Source: Flectonema sp. DT1601 (taxonomy: Eukaryota). From it: a stretch of DNA of 64,000 nt. Under the pieces are notes generated by a model. That model had not been told where the DNA came from and did no database searches. It saw only the letters and a list, made by a program, of their open reading frames with translations. This document shows positions 22,774-34,220 of this stretch, piece after piece. Within the stretch, counting starts at the first letter, position 1; each line of letters starts with the position of its first letter. The stretch is from contig OZ025795.1 in the NCBI GenBank assembly GCA_964019425.1, positions 124,001 through 188,000 of the forward strand. The letters are read 5' to 3'. The translations under genes were made by a program, and so were the position numbers.

Positions 22774-22876
22774 CGCTACCCACATCAACAGAATGCAGCG
22801 AAGACTAGTTTGTTTGATTGCTCAAACCTAGTTTGGGGAGTGCCACAAGCGTATCACAATTAAGATTTCAGTAGCG
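22774..22876 (-). promoter_or_regulatory. SECIS-like element in the 3' UTR of GILT copy 1
   Basis: RNA folds as helix I CGCUACU/GGUAGCG, core GUGAU...UGAU (tandem G.A), 11-nt helix II ACGCUUGUGGC/GCUGCAUUCUGU, and apical arm ACUAG-GUUUGA-GCAA-UCAAAC-AAA-CUAGU. Confidence 0.8.
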
Positions 22877-23213
22877 TAAACACTTTCACTTTCCTATCAA
22901 AGCTGGATAATCATTCGTACTAAACTGCAGTCGGAATACCATTCAATGGAGTGTCCCGATATTAACGGAAAACTCAGCAATTAATATCGATAAACTCATA
23001 GTAAGTAAATAATACATTTTGACAGAACCTATGTGAACGAGCAGCTCAGTCAGCAATGAAAACACAAAACAGGAATCACACGTAAAAAGACCACCTCTTA
23101 TATATTAATGAACTCCGAAAACAAGAGACCTCAGAGTTAATCAAACGAGCGAAGGTACCAAAAGCTAAATTTTTTTTTTTTGCCCATTTCGGCTACGGCA
23201 GCAGTACTACTTT

Positions 23214-23888
23214 TTACAGCTTGCAGCCTTCTGGCTTAGTTCCGTTGTAGTCTCTGCAGATTACCTCCTTTAAAAGGTCAGTCTGCTTCAACACCTTTCC
23301 GTTGACAACGAGGTAAGGCACGTAATCCCTGCCCGGAACCAATGCCGTCTTCTTAGCAGCAGCAGCAGTCAAGGACTTTCCCTTGCTACCATTCATGCAG
23401 GCAGTTACATCAGACGGGTTCAGTCCCGAGATAGTTGCACACTTTTCCATTTGGGAAGTTGAAACCTTACCGTTAGCCTCGAGGCAGTACACGAAAGGCA
23501 TGTACTTCGAAGGGTCATCATTCAGCATGTCCTTCACACAGACTTCAGCCAAGTTTCCGTAACACTCCTCAGGTCCATGCTGACACACATTCTCTCCAGT
23601 GTAGCAGTCAGCAGCAGGGCTCGAGGCCGAAGGACCACAGTGCTTCAACCAGCACTCGAATCCCTGATTTCCTTCACATTCACTGATCTTTACGTAAGCG
23701 TTACCAAATGGAATGAAGTCGAAGTTCATGATGCCGATGAGTCCCGGTGCGGTCAGTGTGGAATTCACTGGTCCCTTCACCGTGGCGTCACATGCGGGTC
23801 AAAGAGCCTCTCCGTAGAAGTCAACGGACACCTTCTCCTGAGCGGAGGCGGTCACGGCGAGCATGGCAACAGCGAGAGCACGGTGCAT
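23214..23888 (-). CDS. GILT: GILT (gamma-interferon-inducible lysosomal thiol reductase) selenoprotein, copy 1, 224 aa; Sec TGA at 23799-23801
   Basis: Signal peptide MHRALAVAMLAVTASA, then VSVDFYGEAL-U-PAC (the CXXC position), FIPFGNA and the GILT signature CQHGPEECYGNLAEVC. The two listed ORFs are in one frame, separated only by this TGA. Confidence 0.9.
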
Positions 23889-24020
23889 TGTTGTAAAGGT
23901 ATTGAAGCTGAGGGGAGTACAATACAAAGAGTAGTAATATAATATACCAGAGATGAGATTGGAATAAATACGAAGAGTTTCCAACAAGTCACCAACTAGA
24001 AATAAAAAGAGACCATCCGA

Positions 24021-24123
24021 TAGCTAAGTACCCACATCCATCTGAATCTCTGGGACTAGTTTGTTTGATTGCTCAAACCTAGTTTAAAAGTGAGAAACAG
24101 ACTTCACAAAAGAGACATCGCTA
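24021..24123 (-). promoter_or_regulatory. SECIS-like element in the 3' UTR of GILT copy 2
   Basis: GUGAA-GUCUGUUUCUC...GAGAUUCAGAU-GGAU: same geometry as copy 1 with a different helix II sequence and an identical apical arm. Confidence 0.75.
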
Positions 24124-24590
24124 ACGGAGGGTGTTGGCCTCATAATATAATCAGGTAGGTGAATTGTGGCACTTGGGTAGTTCATTAACGATGCGAACAA
24201 AAGTAACTCCACAATTCGATTGTAAATACAGTAAGAGATTATTTATTGTGAACAAGAGCTTGCCCATAAGGAAACTTATAGACTTATAAATGCTCCCTCT
24301 CCATTTTAACACTAGTTTGACAAGCACCTTAAAATGAAACAACAAAGAGTCGTTGATTGTTAAACAAAAACACTAAAACATCTTCTTCCTTAACATTATT
24401 TTAGGATAGCATAAACTAACAATCAACTTCTTGAATTAGAACTTACATCAAACTAGTGTTTCAAAACAGAGTAATCATTAGTAGTAACACATTGTGTTGC
24501 TATTCGTGTTATAAAGGTGGTGGGTAATATATAGAATTCAGTAATAATATTGCGGAAAAGGTTCACAAGATTCACACAAAGTTATCTTTA

Positions 24591-25262
24591 CTACTTGCAG
24601 CCTTCTGGCTTAGTGCCCTTGTAGTCATCGCAGACGGTTTTCTTCAAGTCATCCGAGTTCTTCAACACCTTTCCGTTGACAACGAGGTAAGGCACGTAAT
24701 CCCTGCCTGGAACCAATGCCGTCTTCTTAGCAGCAGCAGCAGTCAAGGACTTTCCCTTGCTACCATTCATGCAGGCAGTTACATCAGACGGGTTCAGTCC
24801 CGAGATAGTTGCACACTTTTCCATTTGGGAAGTTGAAACCTTACCGTTGGCCTCGAGGCAGTACACGAAAGGCATGTACTTCGAAGGGTCATCATTCAGC
24901 ATGTCCTTCACACAGACTTCAGCCAAGTTTCCGTAACACTCCTCAGGTCCATGCTGGCACACATTCTCTCCAGTGTAGCAGTCAGCAGCAGGGGTTGAGG
25001 CCGAAGGACCACAGTGCTTCAACCAGCACTTGAAACCTTGTTCAAACTTGCATTCATCAATCTTTACGTAAGCGTTACCAAATGGAATGAAGTCGAAGTC
25101 CATGATGCCGATGAGTCCCGGTGCGGTCAGTGTGGAATTCACTGGTCCCTTCACCGTGGCGTCACATGCGGGTCAAAGAGCCTCTCCGTAGAAGTCAACG
25201 GACACCTTCTCCTGAGCGGAGGCAGTCACGGCGAGCATGGCAACAGCGAGAGCACGGTGCAT
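24591..25262 (-). CDS. GILT: GILT selenoprotein copy 2, 223 aa; Sec TGA at 25173-25175
   Basis: Same signal peptide, GEAL-U-PAC and CQHGPEECYGN as copy 1. Confidence 0.9.
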
Positions 25263-25395
25263 TGTTGTAAAGGTATTGAAGCTGAGGGGAGTACAATACA
25301 AAGAGTAGTAATATAATATACCAGAGATGAGATTGGAATAAACTACGAAGAGTTTCCAACAAGTCACCAACTAGAAATAAAAAGAGACCATCCGA

Positions 25396-25498
25396 TAGCT
25401 AAGTACCCACATCCATCTGAATCTCTAGGACTAGTTTGTTTGATTGCTCAAACCTAGTTTAAAAGTGAGAAACAGACTTCACAAAAGAGACATCGCTA
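25396..25498 (-). promoter_or_regulatory. SECIS-like element in the 3' UTR of GILT copy 3
   Basis: Near-identical to 24021-24123 (part of a duplicated block); about 205 nt downstream of the copy 3 stop. Confidence 0.75.
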
Positions 25499-25702
25499 AC
25501 GGAGGGTGTTGGCCTCATAATATAATCAGGTAGGTGGCTTGTGGTAACATTACTAAGCAGCAGCGGAGAGAGAGCTCACTCAAAGGTAATAATAATCACT
25601 ATTTGAGTATAAACGTGTTTTGGAAAAGATATTAAAGAAAGTCACAAAAAAAGAACATCACATTCACTCGTGGAATTTTGAATTTTTGGGTCAACACAAA
25701 TA

Positions 25703-26374
25703 CTACTTGCAGCCTTCTGGCTTAGTGCCCTTGTAGTCATCGCAGACGGTTTTCTTCAAGTCATCCGAGTTCATTAACACTTTTCCATCAACAACGAGGT
25801 AAGGAACGTAATTCCTGCCCGGAACCAATGCCGTCTTCTTAGCAGCAGCAGCAGTCAAGGACTTTCCCTTGCTGCCATTCATGCAGGCAGTTACATCAGA
25901 CGGGTTCAGTCCCGAGATAGTTGCACACTTTTCCATTTGGGAAGTTGAAACCTTACCGTTGGCCTCGAGGCAGTACACGAAAGGCATGTACTTCGAAGGG
26001 TCATCATTCAGCATGTCCTTCACACAGACTTCAGCCAAGTTTCCGTAACACTCCTCAGGTCCATGCTGGCACACATTCTCTCCAGTGTAGCAGTCAGCAG
26101 CAGGGCTCGAGGCCGAAGGACCACAGTGCTTCAACCAGCACTCGAATCCCTGATCTCCTTCACATTCACTGATCTTTACGTAAGCGTTACCAAATGGAAT
26201 GAAGTCGAAGTCCATGATGCCGATGAGTCCCGGTGCGGTCAGTGTGGCGTTCACTGGTCCCTTCACCGTGGCGTCACATGCGGGTCAAAGAGCCTCTCCG
26301 TAGAAGTTAACGGACACCTTCTCCTGAGCGGAGGCGGTCACGGCGAGCATGGCAACAGCGAGAGCACGGTGCAT
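25703..26374 (-). CDS. GILT: GILT selenoprotein copy 3, 223 aa; Sec TGA at 26285-26287
   Basis: ATG at 26374; GEAL-U-PAC; GILT signature present. Confidence 0.9.
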
Positions 26375-27000
26375 TGTTTGTGTGTTTTATAAGGCTGAGA
26401 AGGAATATTGATTAAAAGTAATTACGAAAGATATGAATATTCAGGGGAAGGATAGCTAACCAAACAACAATCACCAAAACTACTTGTTTAGTATCGCAAA
26501 GTGAAGAAACTAAATAATTAGCGCCACTCAGTCGTTGTTTCAAATATTTTAACTCTCAGAAATTGTCAAGCAGAAAAAAGAATTGAATTGGCCTTATCTT
26601 AAAACTATGCAGAAAATAGTAATATAACACCACCATGAACCAACTTAAACTGATAAAGCTAAAGGAGGTTTACGTGTGCTGCCAACATTCTATTTCTTTC
26701 TTACAATACTTGTTAAATGCAAAGAGAAAGGAAAAAAAAAAGGGAATATAAGACCAACGGCCGCAGAACTCTGAACAAAGAGTTGCGCCAACTGGTAAAA
26801 CATGTGCTTCAGTAATAATTTATCATTTAATAAAAAACACACAAGTGAAATAAATTGAACGGTAGTTAATTCAAACAAACAGTCATCTCACAGAAATCGG
26901 TTCATGTCAGTGGTTAGAGTGACTGATCAACATTCCTTCTTTGAAGGAATACAATTTCAGTGAATAATTGAAAGGTTTGTTGTGTTTGTTTGTATTGACT

Positions 27001-30000
27001 TCATTGAATATTGTGATCAAGTAATGGATACTTACCACCAAGTCTGTAAACACTCAACACCTCAGCCAAGTGAGGAGGGGACACTACTTCATTAGCTTCT
27101 TTACGCTCAGCTTTAGAGAGCAGTTCCATATTTTGTCTGATCGCAGTTTTTATGCCTTCTCTGTTAATCCTTGATAATGGAAACCCATACTGATCAATAG
27201 TCAAATCAATAAGTGTCTTATTTCTAAGACAGCTATTATCTAACGACCCTCCAAGTACTAAACGAAAAGCACTGTGACCCCTCTCATCAATAGCATTATG
27301 ACGAAGAGACAGAGAGAGAAGAGTTGTATTAAATCGCAAAGCCTCAGCTATTTGTTCAGCTCCGAAATTTTCAATTCTGTTGCAAAGCTCTCCAATAGCG
27401 ACAGTCATTATAAGAAATCCGAGGTCTAATTTACGAACTGTTTTATTTATCTTTAAGAACTCAGCAACATACGTAGATCCAACTGAACCAATTCCTGAGG
27501 ACGAAACATCCAACATCTCAAGCTTCATGTCCGTGACTGAAAATAACATTTTCGCACCTTCATCTCCCAGTCTATTACAACCCAAACCTAATGACCTGAG
27601 TCCTGTTGGCTTTCTGAGCATATCACAAATAGAAGGAATTGACTTGATAGTTATTCCATTACCATTTAAGTAAAGAACTTGTAAGTGTTTATTATCAGTC
27701 AATCCTTTCATAAGTATTTCTGTACCCTCATCAAGAAGACCTGTACAGGTTAGATCAAGAACTTTTAAGTGTCGATTTAATGAAATCATTTTTGATAAAT
27801 GAACAGCAGCAAATGGCTTCAGAGGATTTCTCTTCAGCCATAATTGGTTTACGTAGTCATCAGTTTGAAGAGCGTCACACAAAGGTTTAATACCAACGTC
27901 AGTTAAGTGATTACCTGCTATGTACCAAGTTGATACTGATGATGATTTATTTATTACCATGTCAGCTACCCCGTTACCAAGATTATCACCAGCAATGTTA
28001 TTACCCAACAACAAGTGTCTCACTTTACTTTGATTGTCATTTCGTAAGCTGTCAAGCAACGGTTCGATTCCCTTCGGACCGATTACCTGCTTACATAAAT
28101 CAAGACGACCATCACCGCACATGGTTCCTTTTGTAAATGCTATAAAGTCATTCGCTTTTTTAAGTTTATCAGCTGTTTTAATATAATCCAACACAGGTTG
28201 CATCTGAGTACCAGTTGCGATATCAACAGGTTCTGGTTCTGGATGAAGTATCATTTGTGATAGAGGAAGGTCAGATACTAATTGTTGATATTCTTGTTGA
28301 CTTCTCTGTTGATCGATAATGTTCTCCTTCCAGTTTGAGTAGATAATTGATTTCTTTAGATTGTAGTAATCAAGATTGTATTTGGTGTTTAAAATATCTT
28401 TTATTGATTTCACTACTTCATTAAACTTCTTAATCTTATCGTAGGTTGCCTTAGACGGTAATATTGATTCCATGTTACGAACTAACTTGTCACTCGTCAG
28501 TTTCACGAGTTCAGTTTTCTTCGCAGAGTAGGTACGACGAGTCTTCAAACAATGGAGGACACAATCTGACGGACGCTCACTTGTCGATGCGGATATACAT
28601 TTTTGGTAGTCTTCGTACAGCTTGTCAGCAATTAACTGCGACACTGTTTCCAACAACTCTCTGACGACTGGTTGTGAGCGATGGGATTCCTCATCCTGTT
28701 CTTGAACTACATCACAAAGACAGTTATTCTCTTTTTCACGAACATTTACCTTCCTAGAAGTTCCAGTACACGATAATAAACAAAGTCTTTCCATATCCTC
28801 CCAACCACCGTAGTATTGAATTGAATGAAGTAATTTCATTGTAATGTCAAAACGACTTTCTGATGTCGGCTGTTCATTTATAATAGCCCACCACAACCAA
28901 TAGACTGTCTGGTTAGAACGTTCCTGTAGTGTCACGTAGTCAGAATTAGATATTTCTTTTTTCTTAAATGGAGATCTCAATCTCTTTTTTCCAACATTTA
29001 CATACTGACACCATGAAAGAAGTAACAAGTCACTGTCTATTGTCTTTGTATCAACCGAAGGATGACCTCTCATTTCCTTAACGAATTCTCTAATGTCACT
29101 CTGTTGAAAACAGACATGAGGGTCTATAGCAATAGTCTTCCCTTTTGATTTACAAGTTTCCCAGAAAGTTGTTGTGAGTAAGAACTTGTTACAAATACCA
29201 ACAGGAATGAGTGGGAATAAATCATCTTCAGAACCTCTACACTTCATTGTTGATGATAGTTTTATTTGTAAGTCTGGTTCTGGTTGTGACTCCAGTGGAT
29301 TAATAATAACAGAACTATCAAATTGAGTATTGTCAGATACTTGAAGCTGGTCTAACCAGTTTGAGATGTCATCGATGGGCCATTTTCCAATCGCTTTTTT
29401 AAAATGATCACCAGAATGACTTTTAACTAACGGATTTCTAAACACCTGAGAGAGTCTAACAGTCCTATCTGATGGCATGATGGTATCTGTTTCTCCATAA
29501 ATATGAAATGATGGAATCTCAAGATTCATTGAAGTGCTGTGAAGGTCTTTAAAACGATCACGAGAATCTCTACATTCTCCACCAGAAATACAAATATAAC
29601 ATTTTGGAGTAAAGTACTTAGCCTTGTCTGAACCAGATGCCTGTAGTGAAGCCATTATAGCGGCTATACAGGCACCTTGACTGAATCCTATCACACATTG
29701 AAACGGACCGTTAATGTTAAAATAATTATTAAGATATTCAATAGATTCATCTAACCCTTCATAAATAAGATCACCTGACTCACTAGTTGTAGAGTTGTAC
29801 CAATGTCTTCCTGTGTTTGCAATCATTTGAACGTTTCCTTCTGAAAATGAACTTTTGTGAGGAGCGTCTGCGAACACGAATTCGACGTTGCTGTTTTTAC
29901 TGATTCCAGTCAGGGCTTGTTTTGCTGCTCTTGAGAAGCTTCTTCCATTTTGACGAAGTCCATGTAACACCAGTACTCTGATCAAACCAGTTTTTGTACT

Positions 30001-30639
30001 AACAGATTTCTCAGGAACGACGTTACTCTGTTTCGGAGATGACTTTGCCTCCACAGCAGAGATATACCTCATTTCAGATTGGGTTGATTCCCTTCCAAGT
30101 AATTCGTTGCGGAGAGGATCACGTTTAAATTTCTCGAGGATGCCACGCATTCGAATCGAGTCCTTAAAACATTTGTTAACACGAGTTCCAACAGAACTCC
30201 CAACACCACCATGATGACTTATTATTGAAGTAAATCCAACAATAGCTCTTCTAACATCAAACATGATCTCAGAATTACACAAAGCTATGTAAATAAAACA
30301 AATATAAGTCCACGGAAGTGATGAAATTGAAGCTCCGATATCGTCAGCTGCTGAATTTGATATTTTCGAAATGACTTCGTCGAATTCGAATCTTCTTTCT
30401 TTATTGATGACGCGGTGTATCTGACTTAGTAGTATTATTGAGGCTACCTTACCTTCGATACTACCTGACTCATTCCAGTCTTTCCATGTATTATCTTGTA
30501 TGTAGTTATTAAAAGTACTTCTCATATAATCAATTGTTTCAACTCGACTTAATCTTCTTTGTGAATCAACACATCCCCACCATAGTTTACTTCTCCATTG
30601 GAGATCGTCTCCGAACCAAAAATTTAAAACTTCGTTCAT
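27001..30639 (-). CDS. Multidomain protein: DUF924-like, FSH1-type serine hydrolase and RNI-like LRRs
   Basis: EVLNFWFG...RDPLRNELLGRESTQSE (DUF924-like); LVLHGLRQNG, GFSQG, HIYGETD and HSGDH (FSH1); C-terminal LxxLxLxxNxIxxxG repeats. Confidence 0.8.
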   Translation of the reverse strand: MNEVLNFWFGDDLQWRSKLWWGCVDSQRRLSRVETIDYMRSTFNNYIQDNTWKDWNESGSIEGKVASIILLSQIHRVINKERRFEFDEVISKISNSAADDIGASISSLPWTYICFIYIALCNSEIMFDVRRAIVGFTSIISHHGGVGSSVGTRVNKCFKDSIRMRGILEKFKRDPLRNELLGRESTQSEMRYISAVEAKSSPKQSNVVPEKSVSTKTGLIRVLVLHGLRQNGRSFSRAAKQALTGISKNSNVEFVFADAPHKSSFSEGNVQMIANTGRHWYNSTTSESGDLIYEGLDESIEYLNNYFNINGPFQCVIGFSQGACIAAIMASLQASGSDKAKYFTPKCYICISGGECRDSRDRFKDLHSTSMNLEIPSFHIYGETDTIMPSDRTVRLSQVFRNPLVKSHSGDHFKKAIGKWPIDDISNWLDQLQVSDNTQFDSSVIINPLESQPEPDLQIKLSSTMKCRGSEDDLFPLIPVGICNKFLLTTTFWETCKSKGKTIAIDPHVCFQQSDIREFVKEMRGHPSVDTKTIDSDLLLLSWCQYVNVGKKRLRSPFKKKEISNSDYVTLQERSNQTVYWLWWAIINEQPTSESRFDITMKLLHSIQYYGGWEDMERLCLLSCTGTSRKVNVREKENNCLCDVVQEQDEESHRSQPVVRELLETVSQLIADKLYEDYQKCISASTSERPSDCVLHCLKTRRTYSAKKTELVKLTSDKLVRNMESILPSKATYDKIKKFNEVVKSIKDILNTKYNLDYYNLKKSIIYSNWKENIIDQQRSQQEYQQLVSDLPLSQMILHPEPEPVDIATGTQMQPVLDYIKTADKLKKANDFIAFTKGTMCGDGRLDLCKQVIGPKGIEPLLDSLRNDNQSKVRHLLLGNNIAGDNLGNGVADMVINKSSSVSTWYIAGNHLTDVGIKPLCDALQTDDYVNQLWLKRNPLKPFAAVHLSKMISLNRHLKVLDLTCTGLLDEGTEILMKGLTDNKHLQVLYLNGNGITIKSIPSICDMLRKPTGLRSLGLGCNRLGDEGAKMLFSVTDMKLEMLDVSSSGIGSVGSTYVAEFLKINKTVRKLDLGFLIMTVAIGELCNRIENFGAEQIAEALRFNTTLLSLSLRHNAIDERGHSAFRLVLGGSLDNSCLRNKTLIDLTIDQYGFPLSRINREGIKTAIRQNMELLSKAERKEANEVVSPPHLAEVLSVYRLGGKYPLLDHNIQ

Positions 30640-30755
30640 AATGGTTGTTGTGTATTTGGATTTTTACTGAAAAAGGAAACTGATGATTGAAAGTAACTAA
30701 CTAAGTAAGGCTGATCGTTCAGCTAGTAATAACTACACCGTGTAAATGAATTAAC

Positions 30756-33562
30756 TTATGGCAGTACAGTAGTTATGACATATCCTAACATTCCTAAGGC
30801 TTGTCTGAATTTTGATAACTCACATTGCTCTCTAAATAAAATAAATAACTGAAGGAAGTCACTCGAACTCTTCTCAAGACCAGGTAAGTGTATTGAGACC
30901 GTCGGATGAGATAATGAAGTTGGTAACGGACACCAATCTGAACAAGAAAGAACACCTGGACGTTCCCACAGATGGCCGACTACAGAACACCTAAGAGAAA
31001 GAGACCAACAACGACTAATAAAATGTTTCCCTTTAGCAGAATCATAACAATGCGGTGCAGATATGTATCCGCTGTCTCGTAGCCTACGCAAAGCCTCATC
31101 GATACACTCAGTTGGAAGAGTTATTTTATTAATTTGTGAACACTGCTCTTCGTCATCCAGAGCCGACTCAAACATACCACAATATGATAAGACCCCAATA
31201 AGCCTTGGGCCTACTAGAATATCATAAGAGGTTTCTATCAAATTAGCAGCAGCCAAGAAACTAATCTCCTGAACTACATATTGCCTTGTGTTGTTCGCGA
31301 ATAAGTCTGTAGGAAAACCAAAAGAATTCGAAGGTATCTGTACATCGTTGGTTCTTATTAAACTACACTGTTCTAGAATGTGTAATAATTCACCAGGGAT
31401 GACCCTATCAAGATCCTCTTTAGAAGTATTTTCTTTATAAAGTGTTAACAGAATGAGTGATCCAAGAAAATCTGATGAACGTTGAGCCTCAACATATCCA
31501 ACATTAGATACCTGAGTATAGGTACTGCATTCTCTAAACAACGAGAAGGAAGCGTATTGATCAAGTCGCAGACAAGAACAAGCTAATCTCCAATCACTGT
31601 AAGTCAGAAAGTCTAAATCTCTTCTAAAATGGTTATATAATTCATCAGAATAATTAATAACACATTCAGGTATCGACAGCACTGTGTGAGACTGAATAAC
31701 TGTGAATCTCTGATACTGTTGTGGTGGGCTGATCCATATTCGATTGTTTGCAACTTGTAAAAAGCATCTACGAACTATCCTAATGTGTGCTTCATTTGTA
31801 AATACACAAACAGTAAAATCATTACATTGAATGTTACTGTGAGGAACTTTACACAGAACATAGTCAGATGAAATTGTGTGCGCTCGTACTGTTTGTTCAC
31901 CAAATTTAATACTAACTCCTCGGAGGCTGCAAAAATTCGAACCCTCGAACCTGATATGTTCACCTGCTGAACCAGTCACTGGTGCTACCAATCGAATACA
32001 TGGCTTTCTGAGTATTAAATCATTAATATCACTCTCTAAAGGATGTCCTGTAAGTCTCGCATACGCATCTGATAAAAAGACTGTAAACAACGTATCAACT
32101 TTATCCACAAGAGGTGCACTACTTGGTAACATACAATGAAACAATTCATTTCCAAATAGAGATGCCGCTAATCTCACGATAGCATCGTGAAACTCTGGTT
32201 CAATTATGAGAGTTTTATCTGATTTTTGTTTACTCGGATGTGAGGGATAAAGTAATGAAGATGCTCTTATTACTTTTTGAAGTACGACAGATGTAACTAT
32301 TTGGGGATAGATACAAATATACTTTGCGAAAGAAGCGAAACTTTCACTTCCCATAACACCCCTCCAATGACTACCATGAGAATCAATACCTTCGATTGTA
32401 TGTTGAGATTGCCAGCCAAGTTCTACTGCATCTTTAGTAACAAAACACTGAAAGAATTTTTTTAAAATTCCATTTCTCATATACATGTAGTCGTCAAGAT
32501 CTGTATTTTGCAGCCAGTCTGGATCAAAATTTTCCTTTGCTCCACTCGGATCAGACAACACATCGCTGTAGTAATGGTTATTTTTGTTTGTATTGAAATA
32601 AGCAATCTCCTCTCAACGATAATAAAAACAACGTACCTGTAATATCGAAGCAGGTTATCATCAATTAATTTTGACAACACTGCAATAGGAGTACGAGCGA
32701 ATGCAGACCTGTTTAAGTCATCCGAAAATGAAAGCAACAGTATAACAAACGATCTAAAACAAAGAGATGGCGAACACAATATTTCGATAAGTCTTGACGT
32801 TGCCGTTGACGGTTCCAATTTCGTATCATGCAAGAATGTTGATAATGATGCAGGAGAAAGTTCATCGCATTTAAAGACGTGAAGAGCTGCTTTGTATATT
32901 CTTAGAAGAGAAGTTCCAACTACTTCGTGTTTTTTTATTTCATTCACGAAATCAGAATGAGCTTTGAGAATGTTAGCTTTAGTTGTAAGACAACTATTAA
33001 TATCTCCGTGAAGTACTGAAGACTTGCGTGTTTCTCTCCTGGAACCTGTTGGTGAAACAACAGTTGCTCGTCGTGATGAAGTTCCTAATGAAGTTGCTAA
33101 TGATCTCCTTGTTCTGGGAAAGACTCTCATCGGTTCTGAATCAAGTATCACACTGGTGTCTGTTGATGCTTGACTTGTTCGAGAACCACTTCGGCGTTGT
33201 TGAGATGGTCGTCTGATATCTTCATTAAATAAAGATCTACGAGGAAATACTAACTCACCGTCACTTTCTGAGAAATTACTTTCCGTCCTCCGTCTTACTC
33301 GATACCCAACTGGTGGTTTCGGTTCCATCAATGACCCTCTTGGTGATCTCTTAGTACCAGTTGACGGACTGAGTATGAAACCATCTGTAGTAACTCTTTG
33401 CTTTGTTTCTCTTAGCGCTCCTACATAAGGTGACATTGTCAGTTTTGGTCTTGACAGTGATGTATTTATCTTTGCTTTTGCATGAATCGCATTTCGTAGT
33501 AATCTAAAACTAGATTCAGCCTTCGTCAAAGGTTTTATAATATCGAGTGAATCGTCAATCAT
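30756..33562 (-). CDS. Hypothetical protein with possible IPT/TIG domain; exons 33562-32637 and 32565-30756
   Basis: A 71-nt GTACGT...TACAG intron (32636-32566) joins the two ORFs in frame. PCIRLVAPVTGSAGEHIRFEGSNF...IKFG...CKVP resembles an IPT domain. Confidence 0.7.
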
Positions 33563-33851
33563 TGTGATTGTTGACTTGAGTTAGTAGTTGGCTTCGGTGA
33601 TGTTTAAAACATTATTTACACAAAGCTGTTATCTTCACCTGTGTGATAATATAATAACATGTGATAAATATACTTTACTCAACTTTTTATTATTATTCAT
33701 GCTGGCATTTTGCATTGAAGATTACAATACATCCCGAAAGACGAGAGGAATTTTTTGAGTTTTGTTTTTTTTTTTGTTTCACAAAAAAAAAAAAAAGTAA
33801 CGCGATCGAGGGCAATTTAATCAACTTGTGTGAAAGGATTGCTGGTAAATA

Positions 33852-33937
33852 ATTGCACGTTTCAGTGGAATGTAGCGGAAGACTAGTTTGTTTGATCTAG
33901 TTTTTTAAAATGATACATCCACGTCACGGATTGCAAT
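33852..33937 (-). promoter_or_regulatory. SECIS-like element in the 3' UTR of GILT copy 4
   Basis: Helix I AUUGCA/UGCAAU, core GUGAC...UGAA, helix II GUGGAUGUAUC/GCUACAUUCCAC, and a shortened apical arm ACUAG-AUCAAACAA-ACUAGU. Confidence 0.8.
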
Positions 33938-34220
33938 AAACAGTTGCCAACCATCTTTTCTTGAAGTCAATACATTGCGTCGTCTTCTGAAGCAGTACTT
34001 TACTGCTTTTGCGGCATTTAGAAATTGGTGAAAATCAAAAAGACTTTTAACTTTTAATAATCAAGTAAGGTGAGATTGTGGCGTAATACGATTAGTTTAT
34101 GTTGTAATTGAAAGAAAATAAAATTCAGAAAAAAATAAGCTGCCAAAAAAAGTTCGTACGCAGCAGCTACGAAATCTAGAAACAACTAACTGCGGGAATT
34201 GGAGGTCTTTTTTATGCGAT

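Noticed and set aside
22550..22783. 77-aa hydrophobic ORF downstream of GILT copy 1
   Set aside because: It starts at GTG, overlaps the SECIS-like element and intergenic DNA, and has no recognisable homology.
23740..23785. Hairpin (CGGUG..CAGUG/CACUG..CACCG) about 16 nt after the Sec codon as a Sec redefinition element
   Set aside because: The copies are near-identical here, so there is no covariation support, and GC-rich coding sequence forms such stems by chance.
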